Below are positions 18,455 to 26,977 of a stretch of 64,000 nt of DNA, one piece after another. The notes below the pieces were generated by a model. The model had not been told where the DNA came from. It saw only the letters and a program-made list of their open reading frames with translations, and did no database searches. The stretch's first letter is position 1. Each line of letters begins with the position of its first letter. Origin of the DNA: Gemmatimonadota bacterium (lineage in GTDB: Bacteria > Gemmatimonadota > Gemmatimonadetes > Gemmatimonadales > GWC2-71-9); NCBI GenBank assembly GCA_039592335.1, contig JBDHBX010000015.1, positions 26,777 to 90,776 on the forward strand, in the 5' to 3' direction. The position numbers were made by a program, and so were the translations under genes.

Positions 18455-19075
18455 CTACTGCCGCTGGTACGTCGGACGCAGGTCCCGGGTGATCTCGTAG
18501 ACCAGCGGATCCACAAGGCCGCCGTACGCATCCTTGGGATCCCGCCCGCCAAAGGAGGGAATCCCGCCGTCGAACGCTATCTCCCCGACCATCGCGGTGC
18601 CTTCAGCCGACCGGCTCCACACGGTCGCTCCCGATTCCGTGGAAAGCAGCCGCACCGAGATCGAGAGGTCCACATCGGCACCCACCCGGGGAATGCCACT
18701 GATCGAGGCACTGGGCTTCACGTTGGACACCACCAAGTGACCCACGAACACGAGGGGCACGCCGTGGTCCTCGCCGATGAACCGCGCCTCGGCCGGACCA
18801 TAGCGCGTCCGTCCGGTCTCATCGAGCAACCACGTCATCTCACCCAGCTCGAGCACCTCGATGCTCTGCGCGGCGAGCATCTCCTCGACGAACCGCTGGG
18901 TGGCGAACTCGTGGAGCGTGCCCCTGGCGTTTTCGACCGTGAACGTCACGAGGGCCACGCGCTCGTACGGCACGAGATCGAGCCGGGGCGGCACCAGGAC
19001 CCTGGTGCCACCGCCGCACGCGGCCAAAGCGGTGAGGAGGAGTGTCGTGATTGAGGTACGGAGATGGGCACGCAT
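18455..19075 (-). CDS. Hypothetical lipoprotein
   Basis: From ATG 19075: MRAHLRTSITTLLLTALAAC, with lipobox LAAC. No family recognised. Confidence 0.55.
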   Translation of the reverse strand: MRAHLRTSITTLLLTALAACGGGTRVLVPPRLDLVPYERVALVTFTVENARGTLHEFATQRFVEEMLAAQSIEVLELGEMTWLLDETGRTRYGPAEARFIGEDHGVPLVFVGHLVVSNVKPSASISGIPRVGADVDLSISVRLLSTESGATVWSRSAEGTAMVGEIAFDGGIPSFGGRDPKDAYGGLVDPLVYEITRDLRPTYQRQ

Positions 19076-19238
19076 GAGGCACACTCTCCGGTCAGAAGTC
19101 GTGGGATCAGTTGTGGACGGCACCAGAATAGGGAATGCCGGCCCGCCGGGCCAGCGTCGCGAAAACGAGGGATGGAGAGTGAAGAGAGGCTGGGCGGGCT
19201 AGGTCGACCGTCCGCAACCGCTGCCGTACCGGCTTCGT

Positions 19239-20000
19239 TTACCGCGGCGCAACCACCTCCGGCGTCCCCGACACCTGCACCGAGTGTTGGCTCGGGTTCA
19301 GCGGCTCGCACAGGACGTGCCCGTAGGCAAGGATACCGCGCTGCGGAATCCAGTAATCGCGGAGGTGCGCCTGGGGGTCGACCGATCCCATTGGGCCCAG
19401 ATCCTCACCGCGAATGCTCGCCCTACTGTCGGATACCATCCACAGCCGGAACGGGTTGTTGAGGAAACGTTGACCATTGGGGTAATGGCCGATCAGACCG
19501 ATCCTGCCCGACCCGAGCAGGTGAGTCCCCACCCAAGACATCAATCGCAGTACGTGCGGGCTGTGCCACAGCGTCCTGGGCATGTAGCGCGCCGTCAGGT
19601 TCATCAGACGCGTGGTCCACGTGGCCCTGAACTGCACCTCCCAATCGATCTCCGCCGCCGGCACGGACACCGACACACTGGCCGGTCCCGTCCAGTGCAG
19701 CTCGATCTCCGCCACCAGCGCCTCCTTCAGCTCGCTGCCGAAGTAGCGGGCGCACGACCGGGCCGGCTCCCCATCCGAATAGAACGTCCACTCACCGGCA
19801 GGTGTGCGGTGCCACACACAGGTGTAGCCCCCGAAGGCCGTCTCCGGAAAACGCCGGAGGGCCAGAATGTGGCCATTGGCGAACGGCAGACCCATGATCC
19901 CATAGCCAGCAAACGACTCCACGTCACTGGACGGGAGCCGGGCATAGCGCTCGAGCGCCCGGGCCACTTCGCGTGGCGGCTGTGTCTTGATCAGTCCCAT
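19239..20000 (-). CDS. Hypothetical protein
   Basis: 253-aa ORF with protein-like composition. No motif recognised. Confidence 0.45.
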   Translation of the reverse strand: MGLIKTQPPREVARALERYARLPSSDVESFAGYGIMGLPFANGHILALRRFPETAFGGYTCVWHRTPAGEWTFYSDGEPARSCARYFGSELKEALVAEIELHWTGPASVSVSVPAAEIDWEVQFRATWTTRLMNLTARYMPRTLWHSPHVLRLMSWVGTHLLGSGRIGLIGHYPNGQRFLNNPFRLWMVSDSRASIRGEDLGPMGSVDPQAHLRDYWIPQRGILAYGHVLCEPLNPSQHSVQVSGTPEVVAPR

Positions 20001-20058
20001 ATCGTCATCCCCTCTACCCTGCTATGCGCAGACCGGCTCCGAGACCGGACATGCCTCC

Positions 20059-23000
20059 CTACCCCCTGGCCCGCGCCGCCGCCCGCCGGGCCTCGGGCGC
20101 ATCGGCCCCCAAATGAGCGGTGATCACCCTGAGCCCCTCGTCCAGGAACCACTGGGTTTCGGGCTCTCCCGAACGGCCCTGCGCCCGCAGCGCCGCCCCC
20201 CGAAGGCTCATTACCTCTCCGTGGCGCCAGTGCCCGGCGGGCAGCTCGGCCAGGTTCCGCTCGGCCTCGCGCAGCACCGCGTCGGCAGGCTCCGCCAGTC
20301 CCATTGTGAGGTACGCCTCGCCCAGGCACTGTAGCGTGTAGCCGATCCTGGGATGCGGCTCCGGCAGCTTCGCCCGCTCGGCGGCCAACACATCCCGCAG
20401 TAACGCGACGGCCTCGTCGGCCCTTCCCCGCCGCAGCAGCACCGCGGCCTGGTCACGCCGCACCTGCAGCACGTAGCGGTGGTTCTCGCGCAGCCGCTCC
20501 CCGGCAACGGCCTGGGCCTCATCGAGCAGACGCTCCGCCTCGGCGAGGCGTCCGCGGCGCAGCGCCACACCCGCCATTCGCTGCCGCGCGAGCATGCCGT
20601 AGATGCTCGCCGGTCCCGAGAGGCGCTGGTTCATGGCCACGGCAGAGTCCAGGAACACGCCCGCCCCGCGCAGTCGGCCAGTCTCCACCAATGGATCGGC
20701 CGAGCGAATCAGCGAGATGACGATCCCCGGGTGATCCCCGGCGTGACGCTCTCGCTTGGCCGCCAGCGCCGTGTCGAAGCGCGCCGACGCCTCGGCGAAG
20801 CGTCCCATTTCGAGCTCGATCGTGGCGAGCGCCTCCCGCAGCGTAGTGGAGGTCACATGCTCGGGTCCAAGTTTACCGTTCGCCCGCTCGAGCCCGGCCC
20901 TCAGGATCGGCTCCGCCGCGCCGTAACGGCCGAGCCCCGAGAGCAGCAGCCCCCACTGCGCCATCGCCTCGATCACGTCGGGGTGATCGTCCTCGTACAG
21001 CGCGACACGCATGTCGTAACCCCCCTTGACCAGCGGCTCGGCCGAGGCGTACTGCTCGCGCAGCCGACGGATCATGCCCACGTTGAGGAGCGCCGATGCC
21101 GCCAAGGGATGCGGCCGCGCAGCGTCGTACCCCTCGAGCGTGGACACGAACAGCGCCTCCGCCTCGTCGAACGCGCCCTGGTCGTGGTAGGTCGCTGCTA
21201 GCCCCAACAGCGTCGCCGCCACGGTGACCTCGCTGCCGGGCAGCGCGCGCTGGCCGTCGACCGCGGCCTGGAACAACCCCGCCGCATCATCGTAGTGACC
21301 CGCGCTTCGCAGCTCGAACGCCAGGCTCGCCTGCGTCGCCGCCAACAGCGAGTCCGGCCCGGCGAGTGCGTCCTCCCGAATTGCGATCGCCCGGCGGAAT
21401 TGCTCAATCGCTTCCTCTCGCCTGCCCTCCGCGGCGAGGAGCTCCCCCAGCCGGCTCGCGCTCTCCGAGACCTCGAGGCTTGCGGTGCCGTAGTACTCCT
21501 CGCGCAGCACGAGGGAGCGCAGCACCGTTTCCTCCGCCCGCTCGAGCAGGCCGAGGTGCTCGTACACCCGTGCCACCTCGAGCAGCATTGCCGACTGCAC
21601 GTCGGGCTGGTCGGCTAGCTCGTCCATGACGCGCTGGATGCCCCGATCGAGGATCTGCCGCGCGCTGATCGAGTCGCCCAGCGCCTCGTTGGGATCGGTG
21701 AGACGGAAGACCTCGACCATCATTCCCGCGACGCGCGCCGCACGGTCGCGCTGCACCGAGGCGATGGCCGCCTGCTCGGCAGCCTCGCGCGCCTGCCAGG
21801 TGGTCGCCACGAGACCGCCGCCGAGGGAGAACACGATCGCAGCGGCCGCGCCCATCATCACCCGATGCCGCGCCACAAACTTGCGGGTGCGGTACAGCGC
21901 CGAGTCGCCCCGCGCGTCCACCGGGTCGCCATCGAGGTGCCGTTCCACGTCGCTCGCGATCTGCTCGGCCGAGGCGTAGCGCCGCGCCGGCTCCTTGCGC
22001 AGCGCCATGCACACGATGTTGTCCACGTCGCCGCGCAGCCGGCGGCGGAGGTAATTCGCGCGCGTGCGATACGCGAACCGGTGCGCCTCGCTTTCCCCTC
22101 CGCTGCCGCCCATGAGGTGTGCGCGGGGGTCGCCGTCGAGCTGCGCCTGCCCATCGCGCTTCGTGGTGCCACCCGTGGGCTGCGCTAGCTTGGGCGGAAC
22201 CACCGCCGCGCTCGGCCTCGGCGCCTCCTCTTCCAGGATGATCCGCTCCCAGTCGTACGGCGCGCGACTGGCCAGCTGGAACGGAACGCGCCCCGTGAGC
22301 AGCTCGAACAGAACCACGCCAAGCCCGTACACATCGGTGGCCGTGGTGATCAGATCGCCCTGTACCTGCTCGGGGCTCGCGTACTCCGGGGTCATGAGCC
22401 GGAGGCCAGTACGGGTCAGCGGCGCGGAGTGACCCAGGGCGGCGGGGTCGAGCATCTTGGCGATCCCGAAATCCAGCAGCTTCACAACCCCCTCGTCGGT
22501 CACGAGGATGTTGGAGGGCTTGAGGTCGCGGTGGACTACAAGATTGCGGTGGGCGTAGTGCACCGCGCGGGCCACGGTGCAGAACAGGCGCAGGCGGTCG
22601 TCGACGTTGAGCCGATGCTTGTCGCAGTACTCGTCGATCGGCAGGCCGTCCACATGCTCCATCACGAGGTACTGGCGACCGTCCTCCGTGATGCCACCGT
22701 CCAACAGGCGCGCGACGTGCGGGTGATCGAGCGAGGCGAGGATGCGCCGCTCGGCCTCGAAGCGGCGGTGCAGCTCGTCCATCCCGGGACCACCTGGGAT
22801 CACCTTCACCGCGACCTTGCGGCGGAACGCGGCATCGTCGGACTCGGCCAGGTACACCACGCCCATGCCGCCGCGCCCCACTTCCGAGATGATGCAGTAC
22901 CGCCCGATGCGCTCGCCCACCGACGACTCGCGCACCGCGTTGGCCGCCGCGGCGGTGGGATCGCTCTCCAGCACCCCCTCGGCGCGGTCATGGGCCGCGA

Positions 23001-23136
23001 GCAACGCCCCGACTTCGGCGCGCAGCTCCGCATCGTCCGCGCAGAAGCGGTCGAGCAGCTTGGCGCGATCGCTCACCTCGCGCTCGAGCGCCTCCTCGAA
23101 GAGGGCTTCGACCTGCCGGCGGCGCTCAGGCTTCAT
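20059..23136 (-). CDS. Ser/Thr protein kinase with TM segment and long TPR region
   Basis: Start ATG 23136 forms an ATGA overlap with the sigma gene stop. Motifs: GRGGMGVVYLA, VAVKVI, HRDLKPSNILV, DFGIAK, TPEYASPEQ. About 600 aa of TPR-like repeats follow. Confidence 0.85.
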   Translation of the reverse strand: MKPERRRQVEALFEEALEREVSDRAKLLDRFCADDAELRAEVGALLAAHDRAEGVLESDPTAAAANAVRESSVGERIGRYCIISEVGRGGMGVVYLAESDDAAFRRKVAVKVIPGGPGMDELHRRFEAERRILASLDHPHVARLLDGGITEDGRQYLVMEHVDGLPIDEYCDKHRLNVDDRLRLFCTVARAVHYAHRNLVVHRDLKPSNILVTDEGVVKLLDFGIAKMLDPAALGHSAPLTRTGLRLMTPEYASPEQVQGDLITTATDVYGLGVVLFELLTGRVPFQLASRAPYDWERIILEEEAPRPSAAVVPPKLAQPTGGTTKRDGQAQLDGDPRAHLMGGSGGESEAHRFAYRTRANYLRRRLRGDVDNIVCMALRKEPARRYASAEQIASDVERHLDGDPVDARGDSALYRTRKFVARHRVMMGAAAAIVFSLGGGLVATTWQAREAAEQAAIASVQRDRAARVAGMMVEVFRLTDPNEALGDSISARQILDRGIQRVMDELADQPDVQSAMLLEVARVYEHLGLLERAEETVLRSLVLREEYYGTASLEVSESASRLGELLAAEGRREEAIEQFRRAIAIREDALAGPDSLLAATQASLAFELRSAGHYDDAAGLFQAAVDGQRALPGSEVTVAATLLGLAATYHDQGAFDEAEALFVSTLEGYDAARPHPLAASALLNVGMIRRLREQYASAEPLVKGGYDMRVALYEDDHPDVIEAMAQWGLLLSGLGRYGAAEPILRAGLERANGKLGPEHVTSTTLREALATIELEMGRFAEASARFDTALAAKRERHAGDHPGIVISLIRSADPLVETGRLRGAGVFLDSAVAMNQRLSGPASIYGMLARQRMAGVALRRGRLAEAERLLDEAQAVAGERLRENHRYVLQVRRDQAAVLLRRGRADEAVALLRDVLAAERAKLPEPHPRIGYTLQCLGEAYLTMGLAEPADAVLREAERNLAELPAGHWRHGEVMSLRGAALRAQGRSGEPETQWFLDEGLRVITAHLGADAPEARRAAARARG

Positions 23137-23720
23137 GCCTCGGGGGGTGCGCCTTCGGGATAGAGCGTCTTGTAGAGCCAGGCGCGGGCTTTCACCCAGT
23201 CGCGGCGGACCGTGCGGTCGGTGACGCCCAGGACCTCCGCGATCTCCTTCTCCTCCATACCGCCGAAGAACCGGTACTCCACTACCTGGCGCTGCCGGGG
23301 ATCCAATTCCTCGAGCGCGGCATCGAGCGCCAGCATCTCGTCGGGCTTGAACTCCAGGGCGTCGTCGCCCTCGCCCAGGGTGGTGCGCACCCATTCCCCT
23401 TCCCGCTTGAGGGCCTTCTTGCGGCGGGCGTGATCCACCAGGACCTGTCGCATGGCGCGGGACGCGATGGCAAGGAAGTGTGCCCGGTCGGCGGCGGCCG
23501 CCGCTCCGCCACCCGCGAGCTTGAGATAGGCCTCGTGCACCAGCTCCGTGGGACGCAGGGTGTGACCCGCGCGCTCCACGCCCAGCCTGCGACGGGCCAC
23601 ATGGCGTAGCTCGTCGTAGACCAGGGGCATGAGCTGGTCGAGGGCTTGGGAGTCACCGGCACGGGCGGCGTCGAGCAGCCGCGTCACGTCACCGGGAGGC
23701 CCGGCTTCTCCCGCTTGCAT
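23133..23720 (-). CDS. ECF sigma factor of the kinase-associated type (TIGR02999-like)
   Basis: DVTRLLDAARAGDSQALDQLMPLVYDELRHVARRRL...HTLRPTELVHEAYLKL...HFLAIASRAMRQVLVDHARRKKALKR, and region 4 FFGGMEEKEIAEVLGVTDRTVRRDWVKARAWL. Confidence 0.85.
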   Translation of the reverse strand: MQAGEAGPPGDVTRLLDAARAGDSQALDQLMPLVYDELRHVARRRLGVERAGHTLRPTELVHEAYLKLAGGGAAAAADRAHFLAIASRAMRQVLVDHARRKKALKREGEWVRTTLGEGDDALEFKPDEMLALDAALEELDPRQRQVVEYRFFGGMEEKEIAEVLGVTDRTVRRDWVKARAWLYKTLYPEGAPPEA

Positions 23721-23835
23721 CGTCGTGTAACCTCGCTCGGAGACTCGGGTGCCTAGCCGAGCAGACCTGTCGGGAAGGGCATAACATACCTGGGGCCGGT
23801 GCCCGATGCGAGAGCCGCGGGGCCCTCCCGCTCAC

Positions 23836-24072
23836 TCAGGCCGCCAGGGGTTGGGCCGGGCGCCCCGCGCAGTACAGGCACTCCGCTTCATCGCAGTGCC
23901 GCTCCAGCCAGCGGTTGCACGCCGGACAGAACAGCGCCAGGTGCGCGAGGCTGAACACGATCTGCGTATCGCAGTCCTGGCACTGGGCATCCTGCGCGAC
24001 CCAGCCCGCCACAGTGCGCGAGCCGATCGTCACGGTGTCGTCGTCGCGGTTCTCGATGACCTGCAGTGGCAT
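23836..24072 (-). CDS. Small Cys-rich zinc-ribbon-like protein
   Basis: 78 aa with CQDC..(14)..CPAC plus CDEAECLYC. No family recognised. Confidence 0.4.
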   Translation of the reverse strand: MPLQVIENRDDDTVTIGSRTVAGWVAQDAQCQDCDTQIVFSLAHLALFCPACNRWLERHCDEAECLYCAGRPAQPLAA

Positions 24073-24147
24073 GGCTCCCCCCCAAGAAGCCCTTCGCTAG
24101 GTGATGCGCAGTTAGGGGGGAAGAGCGGACAGGCGCCGGTCACTGCC

Positions 24148-24480
24148 TCAGTTGTACACCAGAAGGGCGTGATGTCGGCACCCTGTGCAGTGCACCTCCT
24201 GCATGCGGGTGCCCTCGTGGGTCTCCGCCGGGCCGAGCATCAGGTTGCCGTCGCACACGGGGCAGGCTGCCTCGAGGTTGGGACGGAGCACCATTTCGCG
24301 GATCAGCAGCCCCTCGGCCACCGAGAACTGCTGCGCCAGCGGACGGCGACGGTCCTGCTTGCGGCGGCGGTCGTGATCGCCAGACCGGGTCTTGCGGCGC
24401 CGGTCCTGCCCGGATCGGCGGTCGATGCCCGAGCGGAGGTCTGCGAGGAAGCGCCGGACTCCGTCGTCAGAAAGGGGCAT
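24148..24480 (-). CDS. Small protein with four DRR(R) repeats and a C-terminal zinc ribbon
   Basis: 110 aa with IDRRSGQDRRRKTRSGDHDRRRKQDRRR followed by CPVC..(22)..CTGC. Confidence 0.4.
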   Translation of the reverse strand: MPLSDDGVRRFLADLRSGIDRRSGQDRRRKTRSGDHDRRRKQDRRRPLAQQFSVAEGLLIREMVLRPNLEAACPVCDGNLMLGPAETHEGTRMQEVHCTGCRHHALLVYN

Positions 24481-24560
24481 GGGCCTCTCTCATGCTGCCG
24501 AGAATCACCCGCAAGCGTACGCCCAGGGAGCGGGCCCGGCAAGGTGGGCGGTGGCGCCCC

Positions 24561-25565
24561 CTAGAACACCCCCTCCCGCACCTGCCCCCTCTTGAGTCCC
24601 TTCCTGAGCGCGACCACGTCATCCACCTCGACCGACTCGTTGTCGGGGAGCGGCACGTCACCCTTCTCCTTGCCCAGGTGGGCCACGCTCTTGAGCTTCT
24701 CGAGAATGCTGGAGCCCTCGAGCGCCTTCGACCCTTCCGAGTAGTAGTCGAACCACGGAATACCGGCGCTCTGATACTCCTTTGCCGTGGGCGGCACGGT
24801 GGGGGGGGCGCTCCCGGTGATCGCGCGCCACGTCATCGAGTTGGCGATGTGCACGAAGCAGCGCGCGCGGTGGCGCGTATCCCAATCCTCGAGACGGTAG
24901 GGATCGTCGTAGATCTCCTGCCGCATGCGCCCGCCCGGGGCGAGGCCCATGTCGTACCCCGCGCCGGTCACGTGGAGCGCCATGTCTGCCGCGAACACCG
25001 AGCGGGCCAGCACCGCGCTGCGCGACCGCATCCGCTCGTACGCCTCCGCCTTCATGGGAAAGACCTCAATCTGCAACCCGCCGTACTCGGGCTCGCCGGT
25101 GATTTGCTCCTCGGCGCTGTACCCGCTGCCCAGCGGCATCGCCACGAACTGGCGGATGATCCCCTTCTCCACGCAGTAGCCGTCGAGCCACGGCTGCTCG
25201 GGCACCGCCATGTAATCCTGCGGATCGCGGTGGAGCCCGTCGCTCCATCCCTCACCGGTCACCGCGTTGATCTTCCCGGCCGCCACCTTCACCGCAAACG
25301 GAAAGTCGCCGCCGAAGTTGAGCCACAGCGCCTCCGACTGGTACATGGGGAGCGTCACGCCGCCGTGCTCGATCCATGGCCGCGGCACGCGCGAGGCGAA
25401 GTCGTCCACGTGGCGAATCGGGAACCGTCCCAACCCGGCCGGCAGCGGGTACTCCCGGTCGTCGTCGGGAATGCGCAGCGTGCGCTGGAAGTCGATGCGC
25501 ATCTCTGCCCGGTTGTGGACTTCGGGCAGTGAGATGACCAATCGGTCGTGACGAAGCTCGATCAT
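24561..25565 (-). CDS. Conserved-looking protein of unknown function
   Basis: Start ATG 25565 lies 5 nt after GGGGGAGG. 334 aa with RIPDDDREYPLPAGLGRFPIRHVDDF, LPMYQSEALWLNF and IRQFVAMPLGSGYSAEEQITG. I could not assign a family. Confidence 0.55.
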   Translation of the reverse strand: MIELRHDRLVISLPEVHNRAEMRIDFQRTLRIPDDDREYPLPAGLGRFPIRHVDDFASRVPRPWIEHGGVTLPMYQSEALWLNFGGDFPFAVKVAAGKINAVTGEGWSDGLHRDPQDYMAVPEQPWLDGYCVEKGIIRQFVAMPLGSGYSAEEQITGEPEYGGLQIEVFPMKAEAYERMRSRSAVLARSVFAADMALHVTGAGYDMGLAPGGRMRQEIYDDPYRLEDWDTRHRARCFVHIANSMTWRAITGSAPPTVPPTAKEYQSAGIPWFDYYSEGSKALEGSSILEKLKSVAHLGKEKGDVPLPDNESVEVDDVVALRKGLKRGQVREGVF

Positions 25566-25610
25566 GTTTCCTCCCCCGTGCAAGTGAGGCTACCACGCGG
25601 GTGGGACACC

Positions 25611-25967
25611 TCACCAGGTCCCGTCGCGCACCTCACGCACGATTCTGAGCACGGCATGGTCCGGCATGTCCTTGAGCTGCCGGATCGCCGCGGCGAACAG
25701 TTCGGGCCGCTTGCGAATCGCCTCCTGCAAGTCGGACGACACCTTCCCGGCCAGCGCCAACAGCACGTCCGCATCCTCACGCAGCTCCCGCGCCAGCGCC
25801 ACGATCTTGGCCTCAGAGGGTGGAGGCGCCTCACCACGCTCTACCTTGCTCAGGAACGAGGGCTCGACCCCGATCCGCGCGGCCACTTGGCGCACGGAAA
25901 ACGTTGCGTCGCTTTGCCTTAGCGCCTCACGCCGGTCGCGGACATAGGTGCCGAAGGTGTCGGTCAT
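25611..25967 (-). CDS. XRE-family helix-turn-helix transcriptional regulator
   Basis: 118 aa with FSVRQVAARIGVEPSFLSKVERGEAPPPS (HTH_3 pattern). Confidence 0.75.
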   Translation of the reverse strand: MTDTFGTYVRDRREALRQSDATFSVRQVAARIGVEPSFLSKVERGEAPPPSEAKIVALARELREDADVLLALAGKVSSDLQEAIRKRPELFAAAIRQLKDMPDHAVLRIVREVRDGTW

Positions 25968-25979
25968 GACGTATACTAT

Positions 25980-25993
25980 GTACTACTTAGTAC
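25980..25993. promoter_or_regulatory. AT-rich inverted repeat (candidate XRE operator) in divergent promoter region
   Basis: GTACTA-CT-TAGTAC lies 13 nt upstream of the XRE start codon, next to a GTATAC palindrome. It sits in a locally AT-rich 40-nt patch of an otherwise GC-rich window. Confidence 0.4.
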
Positions 25994-26072
25994 ACGGTTT
26001 GTCAACTCACCTCGCCCCTTGTGGACCCGCGATAGGCGACCAAGGTTATCCCCTCCCCCGGAGGAGGTCCTC

Positions 26073-26633
26073 ATGGTCCCCATCATGTCGCTGTGGATCC
26101 CGATTCTGCTGTCGGCGGTGATCGTATTCGTCGTCAGCTCCATCATCCACATGCTGCTGCCGTACCACCGCAAGGACTTCGGCAAAGTGCCCTCGGAGGA
26201 TCGGGTGATGGATGCGCTGCGGCCCTTCAACATCCCTCCCGGGGAGTATGTCCTCCCCAACGCGGGCAGCCCCGAGGCCATGAAGTCACCAGAGTTCATC
26301 GAGAAAGCCAACAGGGGGCCGGTGGCGTTCATCAACATCCAGCCCAATGGCATCCCGGGGATGGGTAAGAGCCTGGTACAGTGGTTCGTCTACTGCGCCG
26401 CGGTGAGCTTCTTCGCGGCCTACATTGCCGGACGCGCGCTCGAGCCCGGCGTGCAGTACCTGTCGGTGTTCCGGTTCGTGGGCGCGACCGCATTCATCGG
26501 CTACGCCGTAGCGCTGTGGCAGAACTCGATCTGGTATAGGCGACCCTGGAGCACGACGCTCAAGTCGACCTTCGACGGCCTCGTGTATGCGCTCTTCACC
26601 GCGGGGACGTTCGGCTGGCTGTGGCCCGGGTAG
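26073..26633 (+). CDS. Hypothetical membrane protein
   Basis: ATG 26073 follows GGAGGAGG. It has an N-terminal TM (LWIPILLSAVIVFVVSSIIHML) and about 3 further TM segments. No family recognised. Confidence 0.5.
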   Translation: MVPIMSLWIPILLSAVIVFVVSSIIHMLLPYHRKDFGKVPSEDRVMDALRPFNIPPGEYVLPNAGSPEAMKSPEFIEKANRGPVAFINIQPNGIPGMGKSLVQWFVYCAAVSFFAAYIAGRALEPGVQYLSVFRFVGATAFIGYAVALWQNSIWYRRPWSTTLKSTFDGLVYALFTAGTFGWLWPG

Positions 26634-26688
26634 CGACCGGCAACACGGCCCAGACGGACCCCATCAAGCAGACGCGAGGCGACACAGA

Positions 26689-26952
26689 GTGAGATCAGAC
26701 GCCACGACGGTGGACCAGTACCTATCCTCGCTGCCGGAACACCGACGCGCAGCCATCGCGACGGTGCGGCAGATCATCCTCGAGCATCTCCCCCGAGGCT
26801 ACGAGGAGGCCATGAACTGGGGGATGATCGCCTATCAGGTACCGCTCGAGACCTATCCCGACACTTACAACGGCCAGCCTCTCATGTACGCGGCACTGGC
26901 CTCCCAGAAGGACCACATGGCCGTGTACCTCACCGGCATCTACATGAGTTGA
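26689..26952 (+). CDS. DUF1801 / YdhG-like protein, apparently C-terminally truncated
   Basis: GTG 26689 gives TVDQYLSSLPEHRRAAIATVRQIILEHLPRGYEEAMNWGMIAYQVP...AALASQKDHMAVYLTGIYMS*. From memory, related proteins continue for about 50-60 more residues. Confidence 0.45.
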   Translation: MRSDATTVDQYLSSLPEHRRAAIATVRQIILEHLPRGYEEAMNWGMIAYQVPLETYPDTYNGQPLMYAALASQKDHMAVYLTGIYMS

Positions 26953-26977
26953 AGAAGACCAAGCAGAGGAGATAGCC

